Assembly (NCBI RefSeq): GCF_964204645.1
Contig: NC_134026.1
Coordinates: 6,843,950 to 6,907,949 of the forward strand
DNA: 64,000 nt
Origin: Tubulanus polymorphus
Taxonomy: Eukaryota > Animalia > Nemertea
Reading direction: 5' to 3'
The notes under the pieces are model-generated. The model was given only the letters and a program-made list of their open reading frames with translations. It was not told the DNA's origin and ran no database searches. Positions within the stretch are counted from its first letter, which is position 1. Each line of letters opens with the position of its first letter. Both the position numbers and the translations under genes were made by a program. This document shows, one piece after another, positions 1-12,120 of this stretch.

Positions 1-17
1 CATCAAGAAATCAATGG

Positions 18-597
18 TTATTTGACAGTATTTCGGCAGCGGATTTTCACACAGAAATATGGACGGAAGTGTAAATATTGCAAATGCGAGAGAAACTGTT
101 ACAAGCATAATTGTTGTACGTTTCGATTTTGTAGTTTTCTTATCAGACGAAACCATTTTTGAACCCCTGAATAACTGAAATAACATAATTTGATATAATG
201 ATCAACGTTAGGTATAACGATAATGCTATGATTATGGTAGAAAATGTTCCTTGGTGATTATAGTAATATCCGAAATATTGGTCGGTAAAATGGTGTACCT
301 ACAAGTCATTTCAGGTGAGAAATAAACAAACAGTGAATTCACTGCAGTAATTATGATTGTAGTGAATCTAGCAAATCTCAATGTACATATCAAACGAGAT
401 GTGATCGGGAAGAACACAACTTCTGCACGTTCTAGAGATATTGCTACTATCAACCACGTAATTGCAGCCAACGAGCACCATTATAATTTCACAACTGATC
501 AGTGAATTAATGATGAATATAATTCTATGTCCATCTTTAACGTGCAAGAGAAAAAAACTGTTAAACAGGCATCAGTGTATAATTGATGCCAAAACGT
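18..597 (-). pseudogene. 5'-truncated GPCR fragment with an internal deletion of about 130 bp removing TM7
   Basis: ORF 232-471 carries SLERAEVVFFP; at position 60/61 the sequence jumps from acagaaatat to ggacggaagtgt, skipping the NFYIY region; stop at 18-20. Confidence 0.85.
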
Positions 598-636
598 CGA
601 AGTAAGTACAAAGTGAATGAAAATTGAAATCAATGT

Positions 637-1585
637 TTATTTGTCTGAACTATTAGCGTGGATTTTCATACAGAAATATACACGAATTTCTCGTCCCAGT
701 AAAAGATAAATGTAGAAATTCACCACATAGTTACACACATGAATTTGATGAAAAATGTCATAAAGAAATTCTTTCTGTTCCGGTGAGATTGGTAAATATG
801 TAGTAACCGTGGATGGAAGTGTGATATTGCAAATGCAAGTGAAACTGTTACAAGCATTATCGTTGTGCGTTTTGATTTTGTAGTTTCTGATCAGACGAAA
901 CCATTTTTGAACCTCTGAATAACTGAATTATTATCACCGAATTAGATGTTATAATTGAAGTTAATGGTATGATAGTATGGTAGGTATCGATAATTGAGAA
1001 AAATGTCATTTGGTCAAATAAGTCATAGTAACATCCGAAAAACTGGTCGGTAAAATGTATCGACATAGCAGGTGTGAGATTTGTAAGCAGTACATTTACT
1101 GCAGTAATTATCAATATAACAAATCTAGCGAAACTCGGTGTACATATCAAACGAGATGTGAACGGAAAGAGGACTACTGCCGCACGTTCTAGAGTTATAG
1201 CTATGATCAACCACGAACTATTGCTGACCGCGAGTATCATTACAGATCCATGTATTTGACAACTGACCAGTGAATTCATGATGAATATAGGACCGTCTTT
1301 AACGTGCAAGAGAACAAACTGTAAAACAGGCAACAGCGTAAAATTGATGCAGAACGTGAAATCACTGAGAGACAAAACGATAAGATAGTTAGCGTAAGAT
1401 AAACTGCGGAATCTGCGACTTATCATTATCAGGAAAGTGGCTGAATTTCCGAAGGCTCCAAAAAGGAACAAGATAGGCAAAATGACCAGTGACACTGTAC
1501 GGTAGATTCCAGACTTGTTCACCACAGACATAAGAACCATGTAACTGCAATAGGTTCGACCGATTTGCCGTCTAGTAGAATTCAT
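637..1585 (-). pseudogene. Full-length GPCR paralog (copy 1) with two 1-nt deletions; pseudogene or assembly error
   Basis: ORF 857-1585 matches the paralogs up to SSDQK and then shifts frame. It has gtagtttctga (881-890) where the paralogs have gtagttttctga, and gtgatattg (~824) where they have gtgaatattg. Homology continues to a stop at 637-639; span is 949 nt versus 951. Confidence 0.85.
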
Positions 1586-2363
1586 GATTTACCGTTGAAG
1601 GTGTGGACTGACTTGTCCCAACGGACTGATGCTTAATCAAAAATCTGCGCACACAGGGAAATTGTCTTGTTTATTGAAGCCAAGAATTTATTTATTGCAT
1701 TGAAAAATCAATTCTCAGAAATCAAACACAGTTTACTAAGATTTGTGAAAGTTATTGTTGCATGAAATTCAAATGTAGCTGAAATCACATATCAATATTC
1801 GTTATACAAGAATTCACACGCAATGTAAATGGCGAAATTGTGCATACAGTAGAAATTTCTTACAGTAGTATACCAGAATAGGTTGGAAAATCTTTTCACT
1901 AATTCAGTACGTTCAGAATGGAGGTCAGAATCTTCCAGAAGTGAGGTCAGATTGATATCACAATGAACTCCCACCAGAAGCAACGAGATCACACAGTCAT
2001 ATACGTAGTAGACTTATGCGATAATTATCAATCTGCAGCCTTTACCTCCTGAGACATTAAAACATTGCATACTGTAATCATCATTATACCAATTTGTCAT
2101 CGTCCACACTTCATATTCAGAACTTAACCTGAGAAATTATGTTTGGAAATGAACTAGAAACGCCAGATACATTAGATAGGACAAAATAGTAGTCACACTC
2201 GTAAGCTCTCTTAGTATTTGACAGATAGCAGATTTTTCAATTTTTTTATAGATGAATTAACAATAAATGTACAAATGTATAAATTTACTAAATTTCACCG
2301 TAACCATTACACAGTGAATACGGGCCAAAGTTGTATGAAGCGAATCACACTTGAAATCAATTC

Positions 2364-3098
2364 TTATTTGACTGAATTTCTACGGCGAAATTTCATATAG
2401 AAAATTTCACGAATTTCTCGTCCCAGTAAAATATATGTAGAAATTAACCACTAGTTACAAACAGGAAATTGATTGAAAATGCTATATAGAAATTCTCTTT
2501 GTTTCGGTGAAATTTGTAAAAACATATTGATAGTGGATGGAAGTGTAGATATTGCAAATGCGAGTGAAACTGTTGAACTGTTGAACTGTTGAACTGCCTT
2601 ATTGTTGTACGTTTTGACTTTGTAGTTTTATGATCAGACGAAACCATTTTCAAACCTCTCAATAACTGAATTATCTTAACAAGATTTGATGCAATAATCA
2701 AAGTTGATGTAATGGTGAACGTCAACAATGAAAAAAGAAATCTTTTTTGGTCAATTAATTGATACTAACGTCTAATGAACTAGTCGATCAAATGTATGGA
2801 AAAACCAAGCGTGAGATGCATAAACAGTGCGCATTTACTGCAGTTATTATCAATATAGTAAATCTAGCGAATCTCGGTGTACATATCAAACGAGATGTGA
2901 ACGCGAAGAGCACAACTGCCGCACGTTCTAGAGATATTGCTACTGCTATCAACCACGAAATATTGCCGGCTGCAAGTACCATTACAGATCCATGTATTTG
3001 ACAACTGATCGATGAATTCAACAAGGTTATAGGATCAACTCTAATGTGCAAAAAACAAACTGTAAAACGGGCATCGTATAATTGATGCAGAAAGTGAA
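2364..3098 (-). pseudogene. 5'-truncated, frameshifted GPCR fragment (TM2 to stop)
   Basis: ORF pieces 2788-3051 (SLERAAVVLFA) and 2444-2728 (KTTKSKRTT) match the paralogs; CTGTTGAA tandem expansion at ~2570-2596; no start or TM1. Confidence 0.88.
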
Positions 3099-3133
3099 AG
3101 TTGTGTTAAGTGAATCGTACTTGAAATCAATCC

Positions 3134-4084
3134 TTATTTGACTGAATTTCTACAGCGAATTTTTATACAAAAATATTCACGAATTTCTCGTCCCAGTAAA
3201 AGATATATGTAGAAATTAACAACAAAGTTGCAAACATGAACTTGATTGAAAATGTTATAAAGAAGTTCTTTCTGTTCCGGTGAGATTGATAAATATGTAG
3301 TAATAGTGGATGGAAGTGTGAATATTGCAAATGCGAGTGAAACTGTTACAAGCATTATTGTTGTACGTTTTGATTTTGTAGTTTTCTGATCAGACGAAAC
3401 AATTTTCGAACCTCTGAATAACTGAATTATTATAACAGAATTTGATGTTATAATTAAGGTTAATGGTATGATAGTATGGTAAGTGTCGATAATTGAGAAA
3501 AATGTTATTTGGTCAAATAAATCATAGAAACATCCGAAAAACTGGTCGGTAAAATGTATCGACAAAGTTGGTGTAAGATAAAGAACCAGTGCATTCACTG
3601 CAGTAATTATCAATATAGCAAATCTAGCGAATCTCGGTGTACATATCAAACGAGATGTGAACGGGAAGAGCACAACTGCTGCACGTTCTAGAGATAGCGC
3701 TATTATGAACCACGAACTACTACTGCCTGCAAGTATCATTACAAATTCGTAGATTTGACAACTGATCACTGAATTCATGATGAATATAGGACCGTCTTTT
3801 ACGTGTAAGAGAACGAACTGTAAAACAGGCATCAGTGTATAATTGATGCACACCGTGAAATCACTGAGAGACAAAACGATAAGATAGTTAGCGTAAGATA
3901 AACTGCGGAATCTGCGACTTATCATTACCAGGAAAGTAGCTGAATTTCCGAAGACTCCTAACAGGAACACGATAGGCAAAATGACCAATAGCACATTACG
4001 GTAAATTCCAGACTTGTTCACCACAGACATGAGAACCATGTAACTGCAATAGGTACGACCGATTTTCATCTGAGTAGAATTCAT
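3134..4084 (-). CDS. Single-exon rhodopsin-class GPCR, 316 aa (copy 2)
   Basis: Intact ORF, same length and motifs as 6657-7607, and colinear with it. Confidence 0.92.
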   Translation of the reverse strand: MNSTQMKIGRTYCSYMVLMSVVNKSGIYRNVLLVILPIVFLLGVFGNSATFLVMISRRFRSLSYANYLIVLSLSDFTVCINYTLMPVLQFVLLHVKDGPIFIMNSVISCQIYEFVMILAGSSSSWFIIALSLERAAVVLFPFTSRLICTPRFARFAILIITAVNALVLYLTPTLSIHFTDQFFGCFYDLFDQITFFSIIDTYHTIIPLTLIITSNSVIIIQLFRGSKIVSSDQKTTKSKRTTIMLVTVSLAFAIFTLPSTITTYLSISPEQKELLYNIFNQVHVCNFVVNFYIYLLLGREIREYFCIKIRCRNSVK

Positions 4085-4747
4085 GATTCACGATGATTTG
4101 CTGTTGAAGGCGTGGACTGACTTGTCTCGATTGACTGATGCCAATCGCTAAATCTGTGCACACGTAATGTCTTATTTATTGAAGCCAAAAATTATTGATT
4201 GCATTAAATCAAGAATCAATTCTCAGAAATCTAACACAATGTACTCAGATTTTTTAAGTTTATTGTTGCGTTAAATAAAGTTTATTGTTGCGTAAAATAT
4301 AAACGTCACTAAATGAAATTTCAATCTTTTACATCGCGGTCGCAGGGCAATCACATCCGACCCGTGGCTCAATGTAGTTGGAAAAATATTTAGGTTACTA
4401 GAAATTCTGAATTCGAACCCAGTACACGCATGTTGATATTTTCCAATTTCAATTCGATGAAAATGAATTTGAAGAAAACGAATAAATTAATTCTTTAGGC
4501 CATTCAACATTTATACAGTGTTCCTCATCACATTAGTTTCACAAAAGTGAAGAGGGACGCAGATTTTTTCATTCAGGTTAAAAAAACAACCTTGAAATAA
4601 AATATTTAAAGGATACTTGAAGAAGAGCATAAGGGGATCAGTTTTTTGAATTCTTATTTAGGTAGAAAATGCAGCAAAGATGGCATGAGGGATCCAAGTT
4701 TTTACTTTTGGACAGTGGTTACCTAAATCACAGCATGCTAGAGCATG

Positions 4748-5052
4748 GCATGCTCCCCCGGCTGGGATTCGAACCTGACGGCATCGAGATCGAAGCAACA
4801 CGCGCACCTTAGATGATGTCATTATCAGCCAAACAGAAATCCCGTTTGATTTTAGCCCGGGTTTTACCATTTATAGTTCTTCCGTGAAATCTACCTCAGT
4901 GATTGTACAACGAGCAATCTGATTGGTACCGCCAGTTTTCGCGCAGCAAAGCTGCGCATGTACCTGCGCACCCGGTCTACTGTGGCAGGGGTTCATGCCG
5001 TGGCTGAGTGTAGCGATACCATCAGGTTTGAATCCCCGCCGTGGGAAGATGG
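4748..5052 (-). mobile_element. MITE copy (same family as 38274-38620, opposite orientation, one TIR partly deleted)
   Basis: 4813-5052 is the reverse complement of 38277-38515; both ends carry GGTTCGAATCCC-like boxes in inverted orientation. Confidence 0.8.
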
Positions 5053-5622
5053 ATTATGGTAGCTTCAAACCCCGGTCCGCACAAATTCCAATCACCTGAT
5101 TCATTGCCGTCAGAGCACATTTCATCTCTAAAAGCCCTTGCTTTTCCTTTTTCTCTCAAAGACTCGCTCCTCCCTTTTATATCGTTTACCGTTTAGTAAC
5201 GTGTACGGGCCCTTTACCACACATGATTTGGTATCCACGGATTGTGACGCATTCATACGTCACAGCCGACAGTATCTACGCACGTCACAATATTCTAAAA
5301 ATACATTTTGCACAAAAAATAACTATTTATTGTTTTTTTTTTGTGTGACGCAAATATCAACGCAGCTACTCTGATGATAGCAACACTGTCCATGAACTCC
5401 AGCTTTCGTTCATTCCTGATTGCTATTGTTCAACCGCTGATAACTGAAAGTTCAATAATATATTTCCTGAAAGCACAATAGTATATTCGTTAAAAGCCCA
5501 ACAATATCTTCCCTAAAAGCCCAAAACAAGCACGGTAAAAAGAAAAAATTATATGAACAAAGATTCATCGACGAGTATTTTATTTCTTTTTTTTTTAAAC
5601 CTAACATGAATTTTTACACTAG

Positions 5623-6205
5623 CTCTTTAACCGGCAAGTATTTTTCGGCCTGTGAGTGATTTAGGACCTTACAAGGGGAAAACTGAATAACTCAGTAGAT
5701 ATGAGGGATAATTGCATGTATTTTATAAAAGCTCTTTTCATAAGCTTTCGAATGGTACCAAGTTTGCGAACTTTGGTGGTCACCTTCAGGGTTTGACCCC
5801 AAGGTCACAGATCCCAAGGTCATCCAGATTTTAGGGCCATCCATAATCAAGCACTGTCATCAGATTCATCCCAATGCGAATTATCATCAGAATCTTTCAT
5901 TTCTATGTCCAAAATATCAGCCAAACTCACTAGAGAACGTATTTAGTGCATTGGCCATTACTACTAACGATGTTTTCAACTTCGGAAATCTGACCCACGT
6001 CACACTCGGTTTCTATACCCCCTACTATATGCCAAATGTATGATATATCGCTTTCCTGCTTTGTTAGACATTGTAGGCCGTCTGGTGTCGCCATCTGCTC
6101 ACAGCAAAATGAGTCAGAATGCTTCACTGAAATCAATACTTGTCTATATCCACTTTAGCTGGTCTATTAAAATCGGTCGCTAGCGACCGATTGCCGGTTA
6201 AAGGG
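5623..6205. mobile_element. Non-autonomous piggyBac-like MITE with CTAG target-site duplication
   Basis: Left end ctag|CTCTTTAACCGGCAA, right end TTGCCGGTTAAAGGG|ctag (15-bp TIR, one mismatch); subterminal perfect 22-bp palindrome AATCGGTCGCTAGCGACCGATT at 6171-6192; no transposase ORF. Confidence 0.8.
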
Positions 6206-6559
6206 CTAGCGGAAGCACTGATTTTATTCTTACCCAAATTTCGTTAGTGATTTCTCCGATGCGCGCGGGGATGAGAAACACGGTTTTCTACCTCTGTGTA
6301 TTTGCATGTGGTGTGTTGCGTACAAAAATTAGCAATTCAATGGCTTATGACAAAGAATTTTGATGGTCCAAAGTTTGAATATTTTTGATTTGTTGATATT
6401 AACAACAAATGTATTTCACTGAATGCCACTGTAGCCAGTCCCAGTGATACTGGTCGTTCTTACTGTTCCCTTTTTGCAAATATACGTAATAAATGAAACA
6501 ACAAACACGGTGAAATAACAATCGACGAAAAACTATGAAGCCATGAAACCACTTAGTGC

Positions 6560-6605
6560 AAACTGTAAAACAGGCATCAGTGTTAATCTGATGCAGAACG
6601 TGCAA
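6560..6605 (-). pseudogene. Short GPCR TM2 remnant just downstream of the copy 3 stop
   Basis: aaactgtaaaacaggcatcagtgttaatctgatgcagaacgtg matches 1316-1358 and 3816-3857. Confidence 0.7.
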
Positions 6606-6656
6606 GTTAGTGCGAAGTGCGGCGAACTCAATTAATGGTTAAGAAATCAATGGTTA

Positions 6657-7607
6657 TTACTTGACTGAATTTCTACATCGGATTTTCATACAGAAATATT
6701 CGCGAATTTCTCGTCCCAGTAAAAGATATATGTAGAAATTTGCCACGTAGTTACAGACATGAATTTCATTAAAAATGTTGTAAAGAAGTTCTTTCTGTTC
6801 TGGTGAGATTGGTAAATATGTAGTTATGGTCGATGGGAGTGTGAATATTGCAAATGCAAGTGAAACTGTTACAAGCATTATTGTTGTACGTTTTGATTTT
6901 GTAGTTTTCTGATCAGACGAAACCATTTTAGAACCTCTGAATAACTGAATTATTATCCCCGAATTTGATGTTATAATTAAAGTTAATGGTATAAAAGTGT
7001 GGTAGGTGTCGATAATTGAGAAAAATGTTATTTGGTCGAATAAATTATAGTAACATCCGAAAAACTGATCCGTAAAATGAATCGATAAGACAGGTGTGAG
7101 AAGTAGAACCAGTGAATTCACTCCAGTAATTATCAATACAGCAAATCTAGCAAATCTCGGTGTACATATCAAACGAGATGTGAACGGGAAGAGCACTACT
7201 GCCGCACGTTCTAGAGATATTGCTACTATCAACCACGAACTATTGCTGATTGCAAGTATCATTACAAATTCGTAGATTTGACAACTGATCAGTGAATTCA
7301 TGATGAATATAGGACCATATTTAACGTGCAAGAGAACAAACTGTAAAACAGGGATCAATGTATAATTGATAGAGAACGTGAAATCACAGAGAGACAAAAC
7401 GATAAGATAGTTAGCGTAAGATAAACTGCGGAATCTACGACTTATCATTATCAGGAAAGTAGCTGAATTTCCAAACGCTCCAAACATGAACAAGATAGGC
7501 AAAATGACCAGTAGCACAATACGGTAGATTCCAGACTTGTTCACCACAGACATAAGAACCATGTAACTACAATAGGTTCGACCGATTTGCATCTGAGTAG
7601 AATTCAT
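6657..7607 (-). CDS. Single-exon rhodopsin-class (class A) GPCR, 316 aa, peptide-receptor-like/candidate chemoreceptor (copy 3)
   Basis: Intact ORF with about seven hydrophobic segments; TM1 FGN, TM2 LSLCD, TM3 Cys and SLERAAVVLFP (DRY variant), TM6 FTLP, TM7 NFYIY (NPxxY variant), N-terminal NST sequon. Confidence 0.92.
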   Translation of the reverse strand: MNSTQMQIGRTYCSYMVLMSVVNKSGIYRIVLLVILPILFMFGAFGNSATFLIMISRRFRSLSYANYLIVLSLCDFTFSINYTLIPVLQFVLLHVKYGPIFIMNSLISCQIYEFVMILAISNSSWLIVAISLERAAVVLFPFTSRLICTPRFARFAVLIITGVNSLVLLLTPVLSIHFTDQFFGCYYNLFDQITFFSIIDTYHTFIPLTLIITSNSGIIIQLFRGSKMVSSDQKTTKSKRTTIMLVTVSLAFAIFTLPSTITTYLPISPEQKELLYNIFNEIHVCNYVANFYIYLLLGREIREYFCMKIRCRNSVK

Positions 7608-8080
7608 GATTCACGATGATTTTCTGTTGACTGACTTGTCTAACGGACTGACGTTAAATTCAAAATCCATGCACACGGTCATAACGTCTTATTCATTGAA
7701 GCCAGAAATGCATTGAAAAAATCGATTCTAAAACAATTTAGTCATATTTTGTGAAAGTTTACTACTGCATGAAATATAAACGGAACTCAAATTAAATATC
7801 AATAATCGTCGTAAAAAATGTATTGTGATTTATGTGAAATATCGTATAGTAAAACATCTGAGCAGGTTTGAAAATGTTTGCGCAAGTTCAATTCGTTCTA
7901 GTGAGGCCAAAATGATATTACAACTAATTCCGGCCACATGTAAGCAGGCCAATCGCATAGCCACGTTTGACTTATGTAATCATCAATCTCTATCCTGGAA
8001 CGCCTGAGACATCCTTACTCACCATTTTACCCCTGCGATCGTTTAGACTTCACCTGTATTCAGAACTTCGCCTGGGACAT
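7608..8080 (-). promoter_or_regulatory. Conserved upstream region of the GPCR copies (homologous to 1586-2135 and 4085-4320)
   Basis: Shared blocks gactgacttgtc, attgaagcca, gcattgaaaaa, cctgagacat and tattcagaactt occur in the same order upstream of copies 1 and 3; copy 2 homology stops at ~4320. Confidence 0.6.
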
Positions 8081-9372
8081 ATTCAATTGAAAATGAACCA
8101 CAAACACCGGACATTGGACATTTCATCAACACACTTTCAAAATCTTCCACACTGTACTTTACGTTATAACGGGGGAAAATTATCTTTTTCCGCTTCCAGA
8201 AGTGCTTTTTGATAACTGTTAGCGAATGGCAATGAACTGTTTAATGAAGTGTTTAAATCACAGGAACTTACTCTTTTTCACAAATCGATCCTGAACATGT
8301 GGAAGAATTGCTCCAGAGTTTTATTCTATAACGGTTCTCACGAACCGGAAGTGGTTTAATGGCTTCATAGTTTTTCTTTGATTGTTATTTCTCCGTGTTT
8401 GTTATTTCTGTTATTATGTCGCAAGAGAGAACAGTTGTACCGTCATAGTTCAGATTTAAAACCAGTCTAAGACCGTCTTAGTTCCATAATTCCTTAGTGC
8501 CAATTTAACAAAGACCAGTCTTAAGTCAGGAGCGTGCAACTGGGTCCTTGGCCAAAAGCATCGTGAATGATCTTAAGTTCTTAGATTGGCCATACAAACC
8601 AGTCATAGGCTTAATCTACCCTTGCTGGACAACTGGGCCCAAAGGTGCATTGTCATTTTTGTTTTTTTTTAAGTATCGATCTTGAAATAGGGTGAGTTTC
8701 CTTCTTATTGATTTGTTGACTAATTTGAAGTTGTGCTCATTTTTGTTTGCCCCCCCCTTCCTTTTCGAACGGGCCACCAGTCACGCCTACCGTTTGTCTT
8801 CAATCGAAGAATCACATATGGAAATTCCGCGGCGTATCAATCATCCAACAATCTTCCCCAGCCTGAACCGGCAAGCAATCTTTATTATTGATGGCTACCT
8901 GATTTAAAACATCGAGATTTGGCTTAAGATGGTGCATGGTTTAAGCCAAGGGCAGTAAGGCCGAATTGAACAATCTAAAACTGAAATTTACAACCAACAA
9001 AAATTAGATTACTGAATCTCGAAGTTTTTATCGATTTATTTTCAAACAATAATTGGCGGTCGCTAAGCATCATCTCGTTAGTTACCACTAGATGACGCTT
9101 TTTACTGAGAACTTTTAGCAGAACGGGTTTTTGTAACCGCGTGTGGCACAAGAAGAATCAATGTTTAATACCACAGCTATCGCATCCATCATCACTGAAT
9201 GATGCGTACGTGTCCGCTACGTACTTGACGAGGAATTTGTCTTGATCAATAATATGGAAATTGAGCTGTAAATCAATCGAAAAGTAACGTTTTTTTTTGT
9301 GCCGCGCATTGCTAGGATACTCGATTTTCAGCTTTTCATGTGACACTTTCTTGAAAGACAATAAATGCAAAT

Positions 9373-9685
9373 ATGGCGTTGATGTATAGACTCATAGTGC
9401 ATATTGCGGTCTTGCTGTCAGTTTCCTTGGTAGATTTTACGGATGGAATGGATAGAAATTACAAACGAATTAAACAGCGAAATAAAATTTTGTGCGGACT
9501 TTTGAACGAAGTAACAGGAATTACTCAACTTCATTGCGCCAATTTGTGTTTCACATATTATCCAAATTGTACGGATTTTGTCTACAGTAACGATTTGACA
9601 GTCAAAAAGTGTTCTCTTTGTAACAGATACGGAACAACGAACGTAATTGATACAAGCGGAAGTAAAGCGTACGGTTTACCCATGG
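9373..9685 (+). CDS. ApeC-containing protein exon 1: signal peptide and PAN/apple-like Cys domain
   Basis: ATG in aaatATGG context; hydrophobic leader MALMYRLIVHIAVLLSVSLVDFTDG; C-x3-C-x6-C-x13-C-x2-C pattern; donor G|GTAGGT at 9685/9686 (phase 1). Confidence 0.8.
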
Positions 9686-10974
9686 GTAGGTTATAGATTT
9701 AGACCCAGTTCCAAAGTCCAGTACCCGATTCTAGAGACATATTGACAGTTGGCTCTTTAAGTTGAAATGTTGGAAACTTATCGATTTAATTTATCCGGTA
9801 ACTGTAGATGGGTCCAAGATCCTGGATTCAGTTCTACAGTTGACGGCCATTTGATGGCTAATGACGTGACGTCTCTGAATAAGAGAACATTACACATACG
9901 CGACTACATTATTAAGCCCGCCGCACACGGCACCGAAAAAACGTTTTTTCGGTGCCGTGTGCGTTGGGCTTTCGAGTTGTCTGCTGTTTGGAAATATTGT
10001 ATAGATAACTGCTCAGGTTCTATAGCGTTTGAGCTTAGAAGTTTTATATTGTTATGAGCTCGATTAGAATTAATTTTTTTTTGCATTATGATATCAGTTC
10101 ATATTGCTCAGTACTGATTATGGTCTTTTAGTATAAGAGGTTTGGCGGATTTTCACGTAATCTTTGATCTGTAGTCTGTGTAGCACTATCATGATGCTAA
10201 TATCCTGAGTGTTGTATCAAAGGAGACCATGGTCACTACAGAATCGTCAAAAAACGTATTCGGGTCAAATAATACATAGTGTCAAAAATACACCCTCTTT
10301 ATTGTAATGTTAGTAACTCGCAATACATGTATCTCGGTGATATTTTCCCACATGGATTCTACCCGTAGACTCGTAGCAGGAATTGAAAAAGTGGTGGGGC
10401 CATTTTTCGATTGTGGCACCCTCTATTAGAGAAAAATACTAAAAATAAGGAATCTTGTGGGTTTCAAAGTAAAATTAATATTCGTCCCAATTTTCCACAA
10501 AATAGTACCAGTTAGAAGTGGTACGGCCATGTAGCCGTAGCGGCAGTACCGCTAACTTCAGCCTTGAGCTACGAAAATATCTCAAATAACTTTCATGTCC
10601 GACTGTGCGAGTCATCATTGGTTTCGAATTCCAAAGAAATAGAAATTTTAGGTTCCACTCCAATAAATTAGAAATCACCGTTTTGTGTTTGAATCCGGCT
10701 TAGTTAACTTTTATTGAATAGTCCTATAATGCCTGTTAATAGTAAAAGTAATTTGTACATATTATGAGAATGTACCAGTCATATCAGGTTCGAAACCCCG
10801 ACAATAAACGATTTTTTATTTCTATCTATAATTTCCAAAGATTTGCATATTAATGATACGTGCAAGACAGAAAATCCGTTATCGCTGAAGCTATATGTTT
10901 TGTTATTGTACATAACTTATCTAGGTTGTGTATAGGTAAGCTGCATCCAGTTCCACATGTTCCATAGGAATACG

Positions 10975-11160
10975 TCTAGTGAATCCCTGATATCCCGCCC
11001 TCCAATATACCGCCACCGCTACCGCCAGGTTTTCCCAATATACATCTCTATACAAATACATAGTAAAGCACCCATCCCCCTCCCGATATTCCGCCATACT
11101 CTCTATACCGCCAAAATCGTTCTGCACCAATGTGGGTTGTAAATCGGTGGTTGACTGTAT
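10975..11160. mobile_element. Degenerate Tc1/pogo-like MITE in ApeC intron 1
   Basis: Right end ...ggttgACTGTA, left end ctagtgaatccctgatat; internal repeated (TA)TACCGCC motifs. Confidence 0.35.
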
Positions 11161-11319
11161 ATTCTAACCAAGAACTGTGAACCTATGGAAATGGCTGCCC
11201 AAATAGCAACGTTCAACAATGATTGTCGGCATGGACAGTTTGATTTTAGAGTTATAGCCTAATGCAGTGCATTTCTGATGGCTCAACTGAATTATTAATG
11301 ACTTTTTGTTTTTTCAAAG

Positions 11320-11607
11320 TGACCTGGCCTGTAGGGCGTTACGGATTACCTAAATCGCTTGACGGATGTCCCAACACAGAAAGTGATGGTTTTCTTTGGG
11401 AAGAAGGTTGGAGTAAACAGTTTGCGCATCATGTTTACAATGATTTTAATCACGCCAGCCCCGGGTTTCATTGGCCCCCGGGACATTTACAGTGGAATTG
11501 GTCCAATCAGACTTTCTGTATGAAGACCGTCGACAACGAAACCAACAGCGCCCCCGTGTGGCCGGATGGGAAATACTGTATCTTCAGATATGGCGGCTCT
11601 TGTCCAA
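11320..11607 (+). CDS. ApeC-containing protein exon 2 (N-terminal half of apextrin C-terminal domain)
   Basis: Acceptor tttttgttttttcaaAG at 11319; encodes WPVGRYGLP..GCP..W..G..FCMK..WPDGKYCIF..CP; donor A|GTACGT at 11607/11608; phase 1 at both ends. Confidence 0.9.
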
Positions 11608-12120
11608 GTACGTATTCCTTAAATGCAATGAGTATAAAAAGAAATTTTCTGTGACAGGTATAGAAGATCTGCTTTCGTATACAAGAATACAAGAATAAGA
11701 AATACAAGAATATAGTCTATTGAATAAATGTCCATGTCCATTGATAAACATGTATAATAAAATATATTTGAGCGCCATGAATATTGGGGATAGCCAATGC
11801 ACAATAGTTGCCGGTCATTTCAAAACAATTACCGATATATTCAAGTTCAAAATAGCCAGTTCCATTGGATAAACAATGTTTACAAAAAGGGCACTTTTCG
11901 AAAATTTCTAGGGGGCAGCTACCCCCTGCCTCCCGTTGGATAGGCTGCATTATGTGCTTTCTTTCTTAAAATGATTTAATATTGATTTTCGTAAACACAA
12001 CATATGTGTACAATATAAAGAATAATTCGTTATTCGTTATTCGTTAATTACATGATATGGTATGATGACGAGGGCATCAAGGCGTCAACAAAATGTCAAG
12101 TTAGTTTTCCTGTTTTGTAG

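Noticed and set aside
1074-3001. Plus-strand ORFs 1074-1259 and 2759-3001 that resemble each other
   Set aside because: Antisense shadows of the duplicated GPCR coding sequence.
10921-10945. Possible micro-exon in ApeC intron 1 (ag-GTTGTGTATAG-gtaagc)
   Set aside because: 11 nt would break the frame; exons 1 and 2 already join in frame.
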